Source of the DNA: an uncultured Oscillospiraceae bacterium
GTDB taxonomy: Bacteria; Bacillota; Clostridia; Acetivibrionales; DTU013
DNA: 64,000 nt
Assembly: GCA_964490975.1 (NCBI GenBank)
Contig: CAZBEQ010000010.1
Coordinates: 8,837-72,836, forward strand
Direction: 5' to 3'
Below the pieces are notes generated by a model. That model saw only the letters and a program-made list of their open reading frames with translations, ran no database searches and was not told the origin of the DNA. Below are positions 20,805 to 30,504 of the stretch, piece after piece; within the stretch, counting starts at the first letter, position 1, and each line of letters opens with the position of its first letter. The position numbers and the translations under genes are program-made.

Positions 20805-22514
20805 TTATTCTATTGTCTTGTCAATGGCAAAACGTAATATTTTCTTTGAAGTATTCTTCTGGAATTCCTCATTACGTATCTTGACCATCTTTATTGCCTT
20901 ATATGAAACCATCTGGCTGTTTATGCTTCTGATTTCGTCTTCGAAGTACTCTTGAGCATTCTTTATATCTTTTTCCTTAAGAGCTTCAAAGTCAGGGAAA
21001 ATCTCAGCTACTATAACTTCCTTGTTTGGGAGCAATTCGCTTTCACCGGCGTAGACAATGCACTCGTTGACTCCGTATACTTTCGAGATCTCCATTTCCA
21101 GCTCTTCAGGATATACATTCTTTCCATTGCTAAGTATTATTACATTTTTCAGCCTGCCGGTAATATATATCCAGCCTTCTTCATCAAGTCTGCCAAAATC
21201 GCCGGTCTTGAAATACCCATCTTCATCAAAAGCTGCTTCTGTAGCAGCCGGATCCTTGTAATACCCGAGCATGACATTGGGACCCTTGACACATATTTCG
21301 CCTTCGCCATTTCCGTCAGGATTTTTAATTTTTACTGATTCTCCTATGATCGGACAGCCAACACTACCCTTTTTCTGATACTTATTTCTGTTGCAGGATA
21401 TCAATGGTGCACATTCAGTAATGCCATAACCGTTCAGTATTGTTATGCCTATGGCATCAAAGGTATCTATTATATCCTGGTTCAGATTGGCGCCCCCGCA
21501 TATGATCATTTCCAGCTTTCCTCCATAGCCGTCTATAACGTCCTTGAAGAATTTCTTTCGCATGTCTATTCCCAATTTTCTCATTGAATTGCTGGTTTTT
21601 ATTGCGCGACGCAATGTCTCTGCCTTTCCCGCCTTTTCTGCCGTAGACCACATTTTTTTGTAGAGCGCCTCGACAAAAAGCGGTACCAATATCAGATGCG
21701 ATGGCTGCTGTTCCTTGATTTCCTCAGCAATATACTTGAGACCACTGGAAATATAGATTTCAGAGCCCTGCGAAAAATGTCCTACAAAATTAACTGTCGA
21801 ACCAAAGGTATGATGAGGCGGCAGTACATTCATAGTCTTCGGAGTTATCGCGAAGTTGTACATACCCTGGGTCATGTCGGATACTATATTCTTCTGAGAC
21901 AGCATAACTCCCTTGCCTTTGCCTGTGGTGCCGGAAGTGAATACGATCGAGGCAAGCCTGTCACGGTCTATTTTATAGTTATAATATGAATTATCTCCAT
22001 TTTTGAAGCGTTCTCTGCCGCTGGCGACTATGTCAAAAAGATCAACAGCACCTTCCACCTTAGACTTGCTCATACTTATATAAGTTTTAACTTTTGGCAG
22101 CTTATCTTTTATTTCCAGTATTTTATCTTCAACGACCTTGCTGTACATGACAAATTCGCAGTCGGCAAAATTGATCAGTCCTTCCATCTCATCGACAGGA
22201 AAGTCTTTATCTATCGGTACAACTACAGCCCCTATAGACATAAGGCTGAAATATGAACAAATCCATTTGTAGGAGCTCTCCCCTATCAGCGCAACATGTT
22301 TATCACTCAAGCCCATATGGATCAGTTCCGTCCCCATATGGCGTATGTAATCTCTTGCTTCCGTATAGGTCACTTTGACTGTCTCTTTATCTTTGGGATT
22401 CTTTTTGTAAGAGATTGCAATCCTGTCGGGATACTTCTTTGCAGCATTTTCCGTCATGATTCGAAAATCTTCAAAGACAGTTGTTTCGTATAGTGGATAA
22501 TTTGAGTTTGCCAT
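20805..22514 (-). CDS. AMP-dependent long-chain acyl-CoA ligase
   Basis: 569 aa with AMP-binding motif FTSGTTGKGKGVMLS, plus GYGITE and TGDFGRLDEEG. Confidence 0.85.
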   Translation of the reverse strand: MANSNYPLYETTVFEDFRIMTENAAKKYPDRIAISYKKNPKDKETVKVTYTEARDYIRHMGTELIHMGLSDKHVALIGESSYKWICSYFSLMSIGAVVVPIDKDFPVDEMEGLINFADCEFVMYSKVVEDKILEIKDKLPKVKTYISMSKSKVEGAVDLFDIVASGRERFKNGDNSYYNYKIDRDRLASIVFTSGTTGKGKGVMLSQKNIVSDMTQGMYNFAITPKTMNVLPPHHTFGSTVNFVGHFSQGSEIYISSGLKYIAEEIKEQQPSHLILVPLFVEALYKKMWSTAEKAGKAETLRRAIKTSNSMRKLGIDMRKKFFKDVIDGYGGKLEMIICGGANLNQDIIDTFDAIGITILNGYGITECAPLISCNRNKYQKKGSVGCPIIGESVKIKNPDGNGEGEICVKGPNVMLGYYKDPAATEAAFDEDGYFKTGDFGRLDEEGWIYITGRLKNVIILSNGKNVYPEELEMEISKVYGVNECIVYAGESELLPNKEVIVAEIFPDFEALKEKDIKNAQEYFEDEIRSINSQMVSYKAIKMVKIRNEEFQKNTSKKILRFAIDKTIE

Positions 22515-22804
22515 TATGAACGCTCCCTTCTTTCAGATTAAATAAAAACAAATAATAGGGGTGAAATAAAGCTTATATATTCTTCTGATATTAGTATTTA
22601 TCATTGAAATTCTTATATTATTAATATTAACGCTTATTTCAAGTAATATCAATACAAATAGACCTTTACCAAGTAAAAGTAATTTTTTGAGCTATGAATG
22701 TTATATACAAAATAACATAATTTATCCATTTATGCAACAATAGACTTAATACTCAATAATTATAACATAATTTTCTTAAAATAGTAAAGGTGCCTGGCAC
22801 CTTT

Positions 22805-25258
22805 CTACACAGATAGAAATCGGAGCGCATCGTCCCTTGGTATCGGTCTGCTATAAAAATACCCCTGGACATTATCACAATTTAATTCTTTAAGCAACTC
22901 CACTTGATTCTCCTGCTCCACACCTTCGGCTACAATATCGACACCAAGCTTGTGTGAAAGCCTGATAATTCCTTCCGTCATGATACGGCTCCTGTCATCC
23001 CTTAACAAATCGTCAATGAACAGTTTATCGATTTTTACAGTATTTATTGGTAACGTCCTCAGATGGTTCAGGGAAGAAAATCCCATTCCAAAGTCGTCAA
23101 GCGATATACGAATTCCCTTCCTTCTGAGGATGTCAATTTTCTCTGCCACTGTTCTGAAGGATTCCAGCAGCGCCGTTTCGGTAATCTCGATACCTAGCAT
23201 ATCCGGCTCGATTTCAGTTTCACGGATGATCCTTTGAACGGTCTCCAAGAAATCCAATTGCATTATTTCAAGGGGCGAAATATTGACCGATACATACTTT
23301 CGCTTATCAGTAATTTCTTTATTCAATTCTTTAGAGAATAGACATGCCTCACGCAGAACCCACCTGCCGAGTTGGATTATGATCCCGGTTTCTTCTGCGA
23401 GCGGTATGAACCGTACAGGACTTACCATGCCAAAAATAGGACTGTTCCAGCGAACCAGAGCTTCGAAGCCGACGACACTGTTCTCAAGGATATTGACCTG
23501 TGGCTGATAGAAGAGAGTCACTTCTCTATTTTCAACAGCCTTTCGCAGATGGCTCATCATCATAATTTTCTCAGAAGACTCTATCTCGAGCCTGTTCTCA
23601 AAGAAACACCAGCCATCCTTACCCCTTTCTTTAGCATTATACATGGCTATGTCAGCATTCTTTAAAAGCTTTTCTACACTCCTTCCGTCTTCTGGATACA
23701 CGGTAATTCCCATGCTTATCGTAAGATGGATCATTCTTCCGTTTACCTCATAAGGAGTTGAAAAGGCTTCAGATATTACTTTTGCCTTACGATTGATCTC
23801 CTCCCTGTCATAACTGCCATACAAAACAATGACAAATTCGTCTCCTCCCACCCTGCTGATGAACCAGTTATCACTATCGGCAAGTAACCGGAGCCTGTCG
23901 CCCGTTTCCCGCAGGATGTCATCACCGGCATTGTGCCCTAGCAAATCATTGATATATTTGAAATTATCAGTATCAATGAAAAATAGTACTCCATGTATCG
24001 CCCCATCCTTGTTTGCCTTAAGCTTTGCCTCTAATTTCTCGATGAGCGCTCTTCTGTTGGGAAGCCTGGTCAAGCTGTCGGTATATGCCATATCCAGGAT
24101 CTTATGTTCGTACTCCTTGACTTGTGTAATGTCAAGAATAGAGCCTACAAGCCCCATTTCTTGTCCATTTTTATACATGAACCTGGCCGACTTGACTCTC
24201 ACCCATATATAGCGTCCATTCTTGTGCCTCATTCGGTATTCTATAACAAACTGGTTTACCCTTCCTGAAATCAGGTTCTGTTCGTATTCTTCCACCATAA
24301 TCGCATCATCCGGGTGCAGTAATTTCAAACGGTTTTCTTCAAACTCATTAGCTTCATGTATTTTATATCCGAACATTTCAAGAAGCCTTTCAGAATACTT
24401 TAATTTGTTGCCTTCATAGTCACTTCTCCAAAGAACTTCGTTTCCCACGTTGAAAAGTGTCTCAAATTCCTCTTCAGACTTGGCAATCCGCTCATAGGCA
24501 TCTTGGATTTCCTCATTCTGAGCTCGTAATTCCTCCTCTGAAGCAGCCAGCTGTTCATAGGCATCCTGTAACTCCCTTTTCTGTTGTGTCAGGCCTTTGT
24601 TGGCTACATTCAGGTCACTGTTTACCTTTTCGAGATCCCGTGTCTTTTTTTCTATTTCAAGCTCCGTCTTGAGTATCAAGCCAACACTGAAAGAAATAAG
24701 CAAGAAGAATATCGCCTTGTGCAAACCTGAATCGATAAGGCTGATCTTCATCCCCGACAAATTCAGGATCAGGTATTTCCATATCACTGCCTGCATCGAA
24801 AGAATGCTTCCAAAAATCAGGTTAAGAATCTGCCACATCTTCTCTTTACCATTATGCTGTCTGCCTAGAAGCCACAGAACATAGCCTGTCAATGTGCATG
24901 ATACTAAAGCTAAAACTAATACTTGTACTGCAAAGCTTGTCCCATATATAACAATCGAGCAGATCACAATCATGATCAATGCTATACCGGCCGTAATGAT
25001 CCCGAAGAAGGTCGAGATAATTCCTATCATAACCAGCTTCGCATCAATAAGGTCACTGTTCCGGAGATAAAGGTTTATCCAAATCAGTAGACAGGAAATA
25101 ATTCCGAAATAAAACCCGAGCAGGATTTGAACTGTTCTTGGATTTAACCTTCTCGTCCACTTCTTGATCAGGAAAGACATATAGAAGATTGACAGTAGAG
25201 TTGCTATTGTTTGGATAGTCCTGAATAATATACTTTCATAAACAATCTCTGTGCCCAT
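22805..25258 (-). CDS. Membrane-bound PAS-GGDEF-EAL signalling protein (c-di-GMP turnover)
   Basis: Multi-TM N-terminus, a coiled coil and a PAS-like segment. Also RVGGDEFVIV (GGDEF), EALVRW and DDFGMGFSSL (EAL). Confidence 0.9.
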   Translation of the reverse strand: MGTEIVYESILFRTIQTIATLLSIFYMSFLIKKWTRRLNPRTVQILLGFYFGIISCLLIWINLYLRNSDLIDAKLVMIGIISTFFGIITAGIALIMIVICSIVIYGTSFAVQVLVLALVSCTLTGYVLWLLGRQHNGKEKMWQILNLIFGSILSMQAVIWKYLILNLSGMKISLIDSGLHKAIFFLLISFSVGLILKTELEIEKKTRDLEKVNSDLNVANKGLTQQKRELQDAYEQLAASEEELRAQNEEIQDAYERIAKSEEEFETLFNVGNEVLWRSDYEGNKLKYSERLLEMFGYKIHEANEFEENRLKLLHPDDAIMVEEYEQNLISGRVNQFVIEYRMRHKNGRYIWVRVKSARFMYKNGQEMGLVGSILDITQVKEYEHKILDMAYTDSLTRLPNRRALIEKLEAKLKANKDGAIHGVLFFIDTDNFKYINDLLGHNAGDDILRETGDRLRLLADSDNWFISRVGGDEFVIVLYGSYDREEINRKAKVISEAFSTPYEVNGRMIHLTISMGITVYPEDGRSVEKLLKNADIAMYNAKERGKDGWCFFENRLEIESSEKIMMMSHLRKAVENREVTLFYQPQVNILENSVVGFEALVRWNSPIFGMVSPVRFIPLAEETGIIIQLGRWVLREACLFSKELNKEITDKRKYVSVNISPLEIMQLDFLETVQRIIRETEIEPDMLGIEITETALLESFRTVAEKIDILRRKGIRISLDDFGMGFSSLNHLRTLPINTVKIDKLFIDDLLRDDRSRIMTEGIIRLSHKLGVDIVAEGVEQENQVELLKELNCDNVQGYFYSRPIPRDDALRFLSV

Positions 25259-25340
25259 ACATGCCCCCTATTATGATAATATGTAATTATATTTACCCTA
25301 TTTCTGTCACCAAACACACACAATTCAAAATAAAGAGTAT

Positions 25341-25411
25341 AAGGGTGCCAGGCACAACAGATAGACACTTATTGCTTTGATAAGTGTCTATCTGTTGTGT
25401 CTGGCACCCTT
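25341..25411 (-). terminator. 32-bp stem hairpin terminating the tRNA-Glu/Asp/Thr cluster
   Basis: Left arm 25341-25372, 7-nt loop, right arm 25380-25411, with one mismatch. A T-tract follows on the minus strand. Confidence 0.7.
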
Positions 25412-25421
25412 ATACTCTACT

Positions 25422-25497
25422 TGGAGCTGGTGGACGGAATCGAACCCCCGACCTGCTGATTACAAGTCAGCTGCTCTACCTGCTGAGCTACACCAGC
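25422..25497 (-). tRNA. tRNA-Thr (TGT)
   Basis: The reverse complement reads GCTGGTGTAGCTCAGCAGGTAGAGC...CTTGTAA...GGTTCGATTCCGTCCACCAGCTCCA. Confidence 0.9.
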
Positions 25498-25575
25498 GTA
25501 TGATGCTGCAAAATGCAACCTTTCTCTTGTTCCGCGCCCTCTCAGGTTCTCGTCCCTTAATGGCACTTGGAAAAT

Positions 25576-25652
25576 TGGCGACCCGGAAGGGGCTCGAACC
25601 CTCGACCTCTAGCGTGACAGGCTAGCGTTCTAACCAACTGAACTACCGGGCC
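25576..25652 (-). tRNA. tRNA-Asp (GTC)
   Basis: The reverse complement reads GGCCCGGTAGTTCAGTTGGTTAGAAC...CTGTCAC...GGTTCGAGCCCCTTCCGGGTCGCCA. Confidence 0.9.
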
Positions 25653-25776
25653 ATGTCGCCAACAATACATCTGCAAACTTGCATCATAGATTATGCCGCT
25701 TGAGCGGATAATCAATGATTTTTGCTGAAGCAAAAATTTACATCTATCAGTTATACTGCCTTTGGCAGATAACTAT

Positions 25777-25852
25777 TGGTGACCCATAGGGGACTCGAAC
25801 CCCTGTTACCGCCGTGAAAGGGCGGTGTCTTAGACCGCTTGACCAATGGGCC
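25777..25852 (-). tRNA. tRNA-Glu (TTC)
   Basis: The reverse complement reads GGCCCATTGGTCAAGCGGTCTAAGAC...CTTTCAC...GGTTCGAGTCCCCTATGGGTCACCA. Confidence 0.9.
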
Positions 25853-26464
25853 ATATTTCTTCGGCGCTAAAGCCGACAAAGTATATTCTATAGGCGGAAG
25901 GCTAAAAAGTCAAGCAAAAAAATATAACTTCACGGCGAAATCACGAACCCATATTTCCCCTAGTCCCTCACTTGAGAGATTTTTTAAATGTCCTTTCGGA
26001 TATATTCATTTTTTATCAACATATTGGCTGCTCGTCTGAAGCAAGCAGCCTACCTATATTAGTCAAGCTGAGGGTTAGCCCGGCCTTTGTGCAAAGGTGA
26101 GTGATACTGCTATTTAGTACGTGAATAGCAGCTTTATGACAACCATTTATAGCAGAAGGGTGGCCCCTAGTTCAAATTTTGAACAGTTTTTTACAAACTC
26201 TAGAGTAGGCATTAGGAATAATATAGGTTTGCGTTTTTGCATTCTGGGCTGATTATTATGTAATTCTTCCCAGCAAGTGCTTCATCGTGCCTCATTACAG
26301 CACCGGCAAATCCAGCATTAACAGCATCTCCGGCAATATGACAAGTCAGTGCCGATATAGCTTGAATAATGCCTGGCATTATTTACTTGCATAAAGAGAG
26401 CGTGGTCTATGATATGATTTATGTAAACTTTATCGTCTCAACTACCAACAGGAGGAAAACAAGC

Positions 26465-27781
26465 ATGGTACATAAAAAACTAATTGCAGGTATCCTTTCT
26501 CTAGGGGTAATGTTAGGAAGTTCGGTCACTGTATTTACACAAAGTGCAAACTACACTGTCCAATCAGGTGATACCTTCTATCTGATAAGTCAAAGATTCG
26601 GAATTTCAGTCACCGACCTGATGAAAGCAAACAATGCAACTATAGCCACAATTTTGTACCCCGGTAATGTGATCTCAATTCCTTCAGCCGTCACCAATAC
26701 TATCCACACTGTCTCAGCAGACGATACATATTGGACAATAAGCCAAAAATATGGGGTAAGCTTCTCTGAACTGCTGAAAGCAAACAATGCGACTGACAGC
26801 TCTTGGCTTAATATCGGTGACAAGGTCATTATCCCGTCCACAACTGCCACTCCCATAACATCAAATTCATTTACCCACACTGTTCAGGCAGGAGATACCT
26901 TCTATTTGCTGAGCAAGAAATATAATGTAAGCATAACTGAACTTATCAAGCTCAATAATGCAACATCTACAACGGTACTTTATGTGGGCCAAAAGCTTCA
27001 GATCCCAGAAACACAACCGCAGCCGACTTTACCATCAATACCCGAGGTTCCATTACCCAACCCTGAACCGGCTCCGCAGCCTGATATACAGCCAACCTCT
27101 CCTGAAGACCAATCCAAACCTTATGTAACATACACCAGTTATACTGTGAAAGCAGGCGACACTTTATGGTCAATAGCTGATAATGCTGGAATTCAAATGG
27201 CTGAGCTTATCAAGGAAAACAACATGACAGAGTCGACCTGGCTTACAATAGGTCAGATAATAAAGATACCAGTACACCATGTACCAATTAAGCCTACACC
27301 GGGCGACGAATACGGAGAATACCTCGACTGGTGGACTGAGGCACAATATGTCGTATCCATACAAAGTGTTTTTGAGATAGTTGACTTTTATACAGGAAAA
27401 TCTTTTACAGTAAAGCGTACAACAGGAAGCGGCCATGCTGATGTAGAAACACTTACCGCTGCCGATTCACAGATAATGAAGGAGATATGGGGCGGTACCT
27501 ATGGTTGGGACAGGCGCCCCGTGATTGTAAAAATAAATGGCAGGAAAATAGCTGCAAGCATGTCCAGTCTCCCCCACGCCGGTGACGAAAACTCTCCCGG
27601 AGGTATCAACGTCTCATGGAGAAGTGATAATTATGGCGCCGGATACAATCTTGACTGGGTCAAAGGCAATGGCATCAGCGGTGTAGTCGATCTGCATTTT
27701 GTAAACAGCATTCGTCACAAGGATGGACTGATAGACACTGACCACCGAGATAAAATAAAAATAGCTGCAGGCATAGAATAA
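26465..27781 (+). CDS. Secreted protein with four LysM repeats and an uncharacterised C-terminal domain
   Basis: The ATG at 26465 is preceded by AGGAGG, and a signal-like N-terminus follows. Four YTVQSGDTFYLIS-type LysM repeats are present, then a Pro-rich linker. The track start at 26369 is unlikely. Confidence 0.8.
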   Translation: MVHKKLIAGILSLGVMLGSSVTVFTQSANYTVQSGDTFYLISQRFGISVTDLMKANNATIATILYPGNVISIPSAVTNTIHTVSADDTYWTISQKYGVSFSELLKANNATDSSWLNIGDKVIIPSTTATPITSNSFTHTVQAGDTFYLLSKKYNVSITELIKLNNATSTTVLYVGQKLQIPETQPQPTLPSIPEVPLPNPEPAPQPDIQPTSPEDQSKPYVTYTSYTVKAGDTLWSIADNAGIQMAELIKENNMTESTWLTIGQIIKIPVHHVPIKPTPGDEYGEYLDWWTEAQYVVSIQSVFEIVDFYTGKSFTVKRTTGSGHADVETLTAADSQIMKEIWGGTYGWDRRPVIVKINGRKIAASMSSLPHAGDENSPGGINVSWRSDNYGAGYNLDWVKGNGISGVVDLHFVNSIRHKDGLIDTDHRDKIKIAAGIE

Positions 27782-27814
27782 AATACTGCAAGTACCCACA
27801 GAAAAACACAATAT

Positions 27815-27849
27815 AAAAGGAAACAGCTGCAGATCAGCTGTTTCCTTTT
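27815..27849. terminator. Bidirectional hairpin terminator
   Basis: AAAAGGAAACAGCTG / CAGCTGTTTCCTTTT with a 5-nt loop, between convergent genes. Confidence 0.7.
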
Positions 27850-28042
27850 ATATTGCCGCCGTAGAGGCTACCTTTTTATCCTGACATCTTTTACAAACCT
27901 TCAGAGTTTTCCCATCGTCTGCAACCAGATCATACAGTATCTTGATCCTTGTATTTTTACATACCGGGCAGGTCCCTCTGCCATGTGTCGGCAATTTCCA
28001 CAACGTTTTGCCCCTATGTGTCTTTGAAGCCATAAAATTCAT
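27848..28042 (-). CDS. Small zinc-ribbon protein (CxxC...CxxC)
   Basis: 64-aa ORF with CPVC and CKRC pairs. No function could be assigned. Confidence 0.45.
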   Translation of the reverse strand: MNFMASKTHRGKTLWKLPTHGRGTCPVCKNTRIKILYDLVADDGKTLKVCKRCQDKKVASTAAI

Positions 28043-28108
28043 CCTTTCCTATAGCATTTACAAACAACCATAAATCAACTTTAGCACAGGCCTGCAGGCA
28101 TTTCCATA

Positions 28109-28408
28109 TCACAAACAGTTATGTACAGAACTTGAGCAGCTGTTCTTTTCCTGACTGATGATCCTTCTTACGCTTTGCTCGGAAAGAAAGAATTCGCCGC
28201 ATATGGCCTCGACCTTAACACCAGCAGAATACTTTTCATAAATGCTTGTGTTACGCTCCTTCAGGCTGTTCCTGGCGCCGCTCTTCTCTCCCCATGCCTT
28301 TTGGCTTCCATCCCTGCGGGGTATATATATGTATTCACCATCAATATATATCTGTATCAGCTTAATTACCTCTTCAGGCAGAACATTCTGCGCTTTGACA
28401 TATCTCAT
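28109..28408 (-). CDS. Small HTH protein (CD3324 / Mor-like family by recollection)
   Basis: 99 aa. MRYVKAQNVLPEEVIKLIQIYIDGEYIYIPRR plus a C-terminal HTH-like LSEQSVRRII. The family name is from memory. Confidence 0.65.
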   Translation of the reverse strand: MRYVKAQNVLPEEVIKLIQIYIDGEYIYIPRRDGSQKAWGEKSGARNSLKERNTSIYEKYSAGVKVEAICGEFFLSEQSVRRIISQEKNSCSSSVHNCL

Positions 28409-28589
28409 TTCTTTGCTCCTCCAAATTTATTTTGGTTTGAAGCAAAGACCACATTGGAAAATTCCAATAAAAAAACTGCAGTAAAGGCAGTGCCTGCTGC
28501 AGTCTTGTTTTATAAACAATCCCTATCCTGTAACTCGCAATAACTGTGCTGCAAAAAAACAACCCAAAACCAATGTGTACCGCAATCCA

Positions 28590-28667
28590 GCCACAACTCT
28601 AAAAGGTCACAACTCTAAAAGGTTACAACTCTCAAAGGCCTCGGCTCTTATAGGCCACAATCTCAAG
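28590..28667. repeat. Five tandem 16-nt units (consensus CCACAACTCTAAAAGG), decaying 5' to 3'
   Basis: Units start at 28590, 28606, 28622, 28638 and 28654. The first three are near identical. Confidence 0.8.
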
Positions 28668-29283
28668 GATCTATATCTTACGATGCACTACCTTAAGAGC
28701 ATGAGCATTACAACCTTCAGGCTTCGACAAAATAAGTACGTGGATATCATAGAAATCATGATATGTACATACACCGGTTTTACAGGTTATCCAATTCCAG
28801 CATCAGCTACTTCAAATCCAGGCTCCGAGCAAAGCATCGCCGACAATAGTTTGTGGTCTTTGCGCGGAGCATATTTTTCGGTCATACGCTTGAAGCGAGT
28901 TCATAAGAGTCAATCCTTTCGAAAATTTCTAAAACAATCAAATAAATCTTACTACTATAGGTATTTTTAATCAATGATAAGAAATTTTTATAATCATTTT
29001 TTCTACAATGCCAGCATAATGTCCGGGTATTGCCTATCTTCCATTTCACATTATCCAAATATAGAATCGGCCCGCTCTATATTTGAAATAACATCAACAC
29101 CAAAGGGACATATCTCCATACAAGATTCAGTTTTAAGTCTGGAGAGCAGATCATTGACATACTCCTCACAAATAGCTTTATCCCTGGTTTTCAGTTACTG
29201 GCCGTCTTTCTCAACAGACCCATATGCCGAACATTTTTTCTATGTCAAGTTGCTTCTGGTTATTTATCCTCCTCCAATACGGC

Positions 29284-30183
29284 TTATGCCAATACAGCCT
29301 CCATAATGGCATTTTGGCTGTGCAGCAGATATTCCTTAGCTTTGTAGTTCAAACAGAAATCAGACTTCATTGCATCGTTCGAAACCTCCTGTCCTCTTGT
29401 AACAGGCGGGCATGGCAGAAACAAGGATTTATCATTGAGGTTTGACAAAAGCTTGCCGGTAATTTGATAAGGAAGAAACTGTTCACTGATTCTTTTTGCC
29501 GATTCCGCATCCTGCGCTTTTGGCCAGCAGTCAGTATAGATCAAGTCAGCTTTCGCTATCAGAGGCTCAAGTTCGGTACTTGTTCCAATAGCCCCCATGC
29601 CATTGGCATAAATGCTTTCGACCACCCTGGAATCAGCCAGATATTCAGCAGGAGCAACCTGTGTCACCTTTATGTTGAATCTCGCGGCAGCCTCGAACCA
29701 GCTCATGCAAAGATTGGTGACCTCTCCTGCAAAAACAACATTTAATCCATCAAGAGAACCCCTATATTTTCGGATAAACTGCAGATCACCCATTATTTCG
29801 CATGGGTGGCTGTAATTTGTTCTGGCGTTGATAACCGGTATCGAAATGTTGTTTGCCAGATAGACGATATCTTCATGGCTTTTTGCCCGAACCACCAGCA
29901 GGTCGTACCAATTTTCAAGATAATGGCCAATATCCTCAAGCGGCTCATTCACGCCCAATTCGCCTGGTATGTAGGAGACCGATGCCCCCATTGCCCCTGC
30001 TCCGATTTCAAATGCAAGCCTGTTGCGAAAACCGTTACCGTAAAACCACAGACCTACCTGTTTGTTCAGCAGGTTCTTCGGCATCGAATGCTTGCTCCAT
30101 GCATCTGCAAGGAAGTCTGCTCTGTCCAGCAAATCATTCAATTCTTCATGTGAGTAGTCCAGCAGTGAAATAAAATGTTTCAT
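29284..30183 (-). CDS. Aspartate/ornithine carbamoyltransferase-family protein, divergent (STRTR motif replaced)
   Basis: 299 aa. HPCE (the HPxQ equivalent) and an LPCPP...GQEV region align with the OTC/ATC layout. The carbamoyl-phosphate motif reads GFRNR instead of STRTR. Confidence 0.75.
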   Translation of the reverse strand: MKHFISLLDYSHEELNDLLDRADFLADAWSKHSMPKNLLNKQVGLWFYGNGFRNRLAFEIGAGAMGASVSYIPGELGVNEPLEDIGHYLENWYDLLVVRAKSHEDIVYLANNISIPVINARTNYSHPCEIMGDLQFIRKYRGSLDGLNVVFAGEVTNLCMSWFEAAARFNIKVTQVAPAEYLADSRVVESIYANGMGAIGTSTELEPLIAKADLIYTDCWPKAQDAESAKRISEQFLPYQITGKLLSNLNDKSLFLPCPPVTRGQEVSNDAMKSDFCLNYKAKEYLLHSQNAIMEAVLA

Positions 30184-30219
30184 AAATGCCTCCCCCTTTG
30201 ATCGCTATAATTAATGCTC

Positions 30220-30504
30220 TTACTCATTATCATCTTCTAAGCTTTGTTCTTCCTTCCAGTAACTTGCTCCATTTCTTGTTCGCGAAAGAAATTTATGGTC
30301 TACGAGCTCTCTCCTGAGAAGAAAGTAGTCCCCAAATGTATGCCAATCGTTAATAATGCTGTTTACCGCTTTCTCGTTATAGACCCGCCCGCATTCAAAC
30401 TTGGTTGCTAGGTATGCCAGAATGTCCAGTTTCTTTTGCCCTTTCGACGGCCATGCCTTTATTCTGTTTTCGTTATCTAAAAATTTTGAAATATCATCAT
30501 TCAT
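30220..30504 (-). CDS. DUF2087 domain protein
   Basis: 94 aa. The pattern KAWPSKGQKKLDILAYLATKFECGRVYNEKAVNSII...FGDYFLLRRELVD is typical of DUF2087 (recollection). There is a 4-nt overlap with the upstream gene. Confidence 0.65.
   Translation of the reverse strand: MNDDISKFLDNENRIKAWPSKGQKKLDILAYLATKFECGRVYNEKAVNSIINDWHTFGDYFLLRRELVDHKFLSRTRNGASYWKEEQSLEDDNE

Noticed and set aside
25377-25625. 82-aa plus-strand ORF
   Set aside because: It is the antisense reading of tRNA-Thr and tRNA-Asp, so it is not coding.
26040-26200. c-di-AMP (ydaO) riboswitch upstream of the LysM gene
   Set aside because: The conserved GGGGACCCA / GGGGUGAAUC / ACCUCGUA blocks are absent on either strand.
26270-26385. 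55-codon minus-strand ORF (MPGIIQAISALTCHIAGDAVNAGFAG...) and the palindrome AATAATGCCTGGCATTATT at its start
   Set aside because: The ORF is protein-like but short, with no RBS and no family I can name. It may be a relic. It is recorded here rather than as a feature.
28590-28667. Possible CRISPR array (also considered for 56745-56822 and 53905-54054)
   Set aside because: The repeats are directly adjacent with no unique spacers. The units are too short (13-16 nt) or too degenerate, and no cas genes are present.
28575-29306. Two plus-strand ORFs (131 and 110 aa)
   Set aside because: Their composition is unlike real proteins. The first begins inside a tandem repeat. There is no RBS. The region looks like decayed sequence instead.
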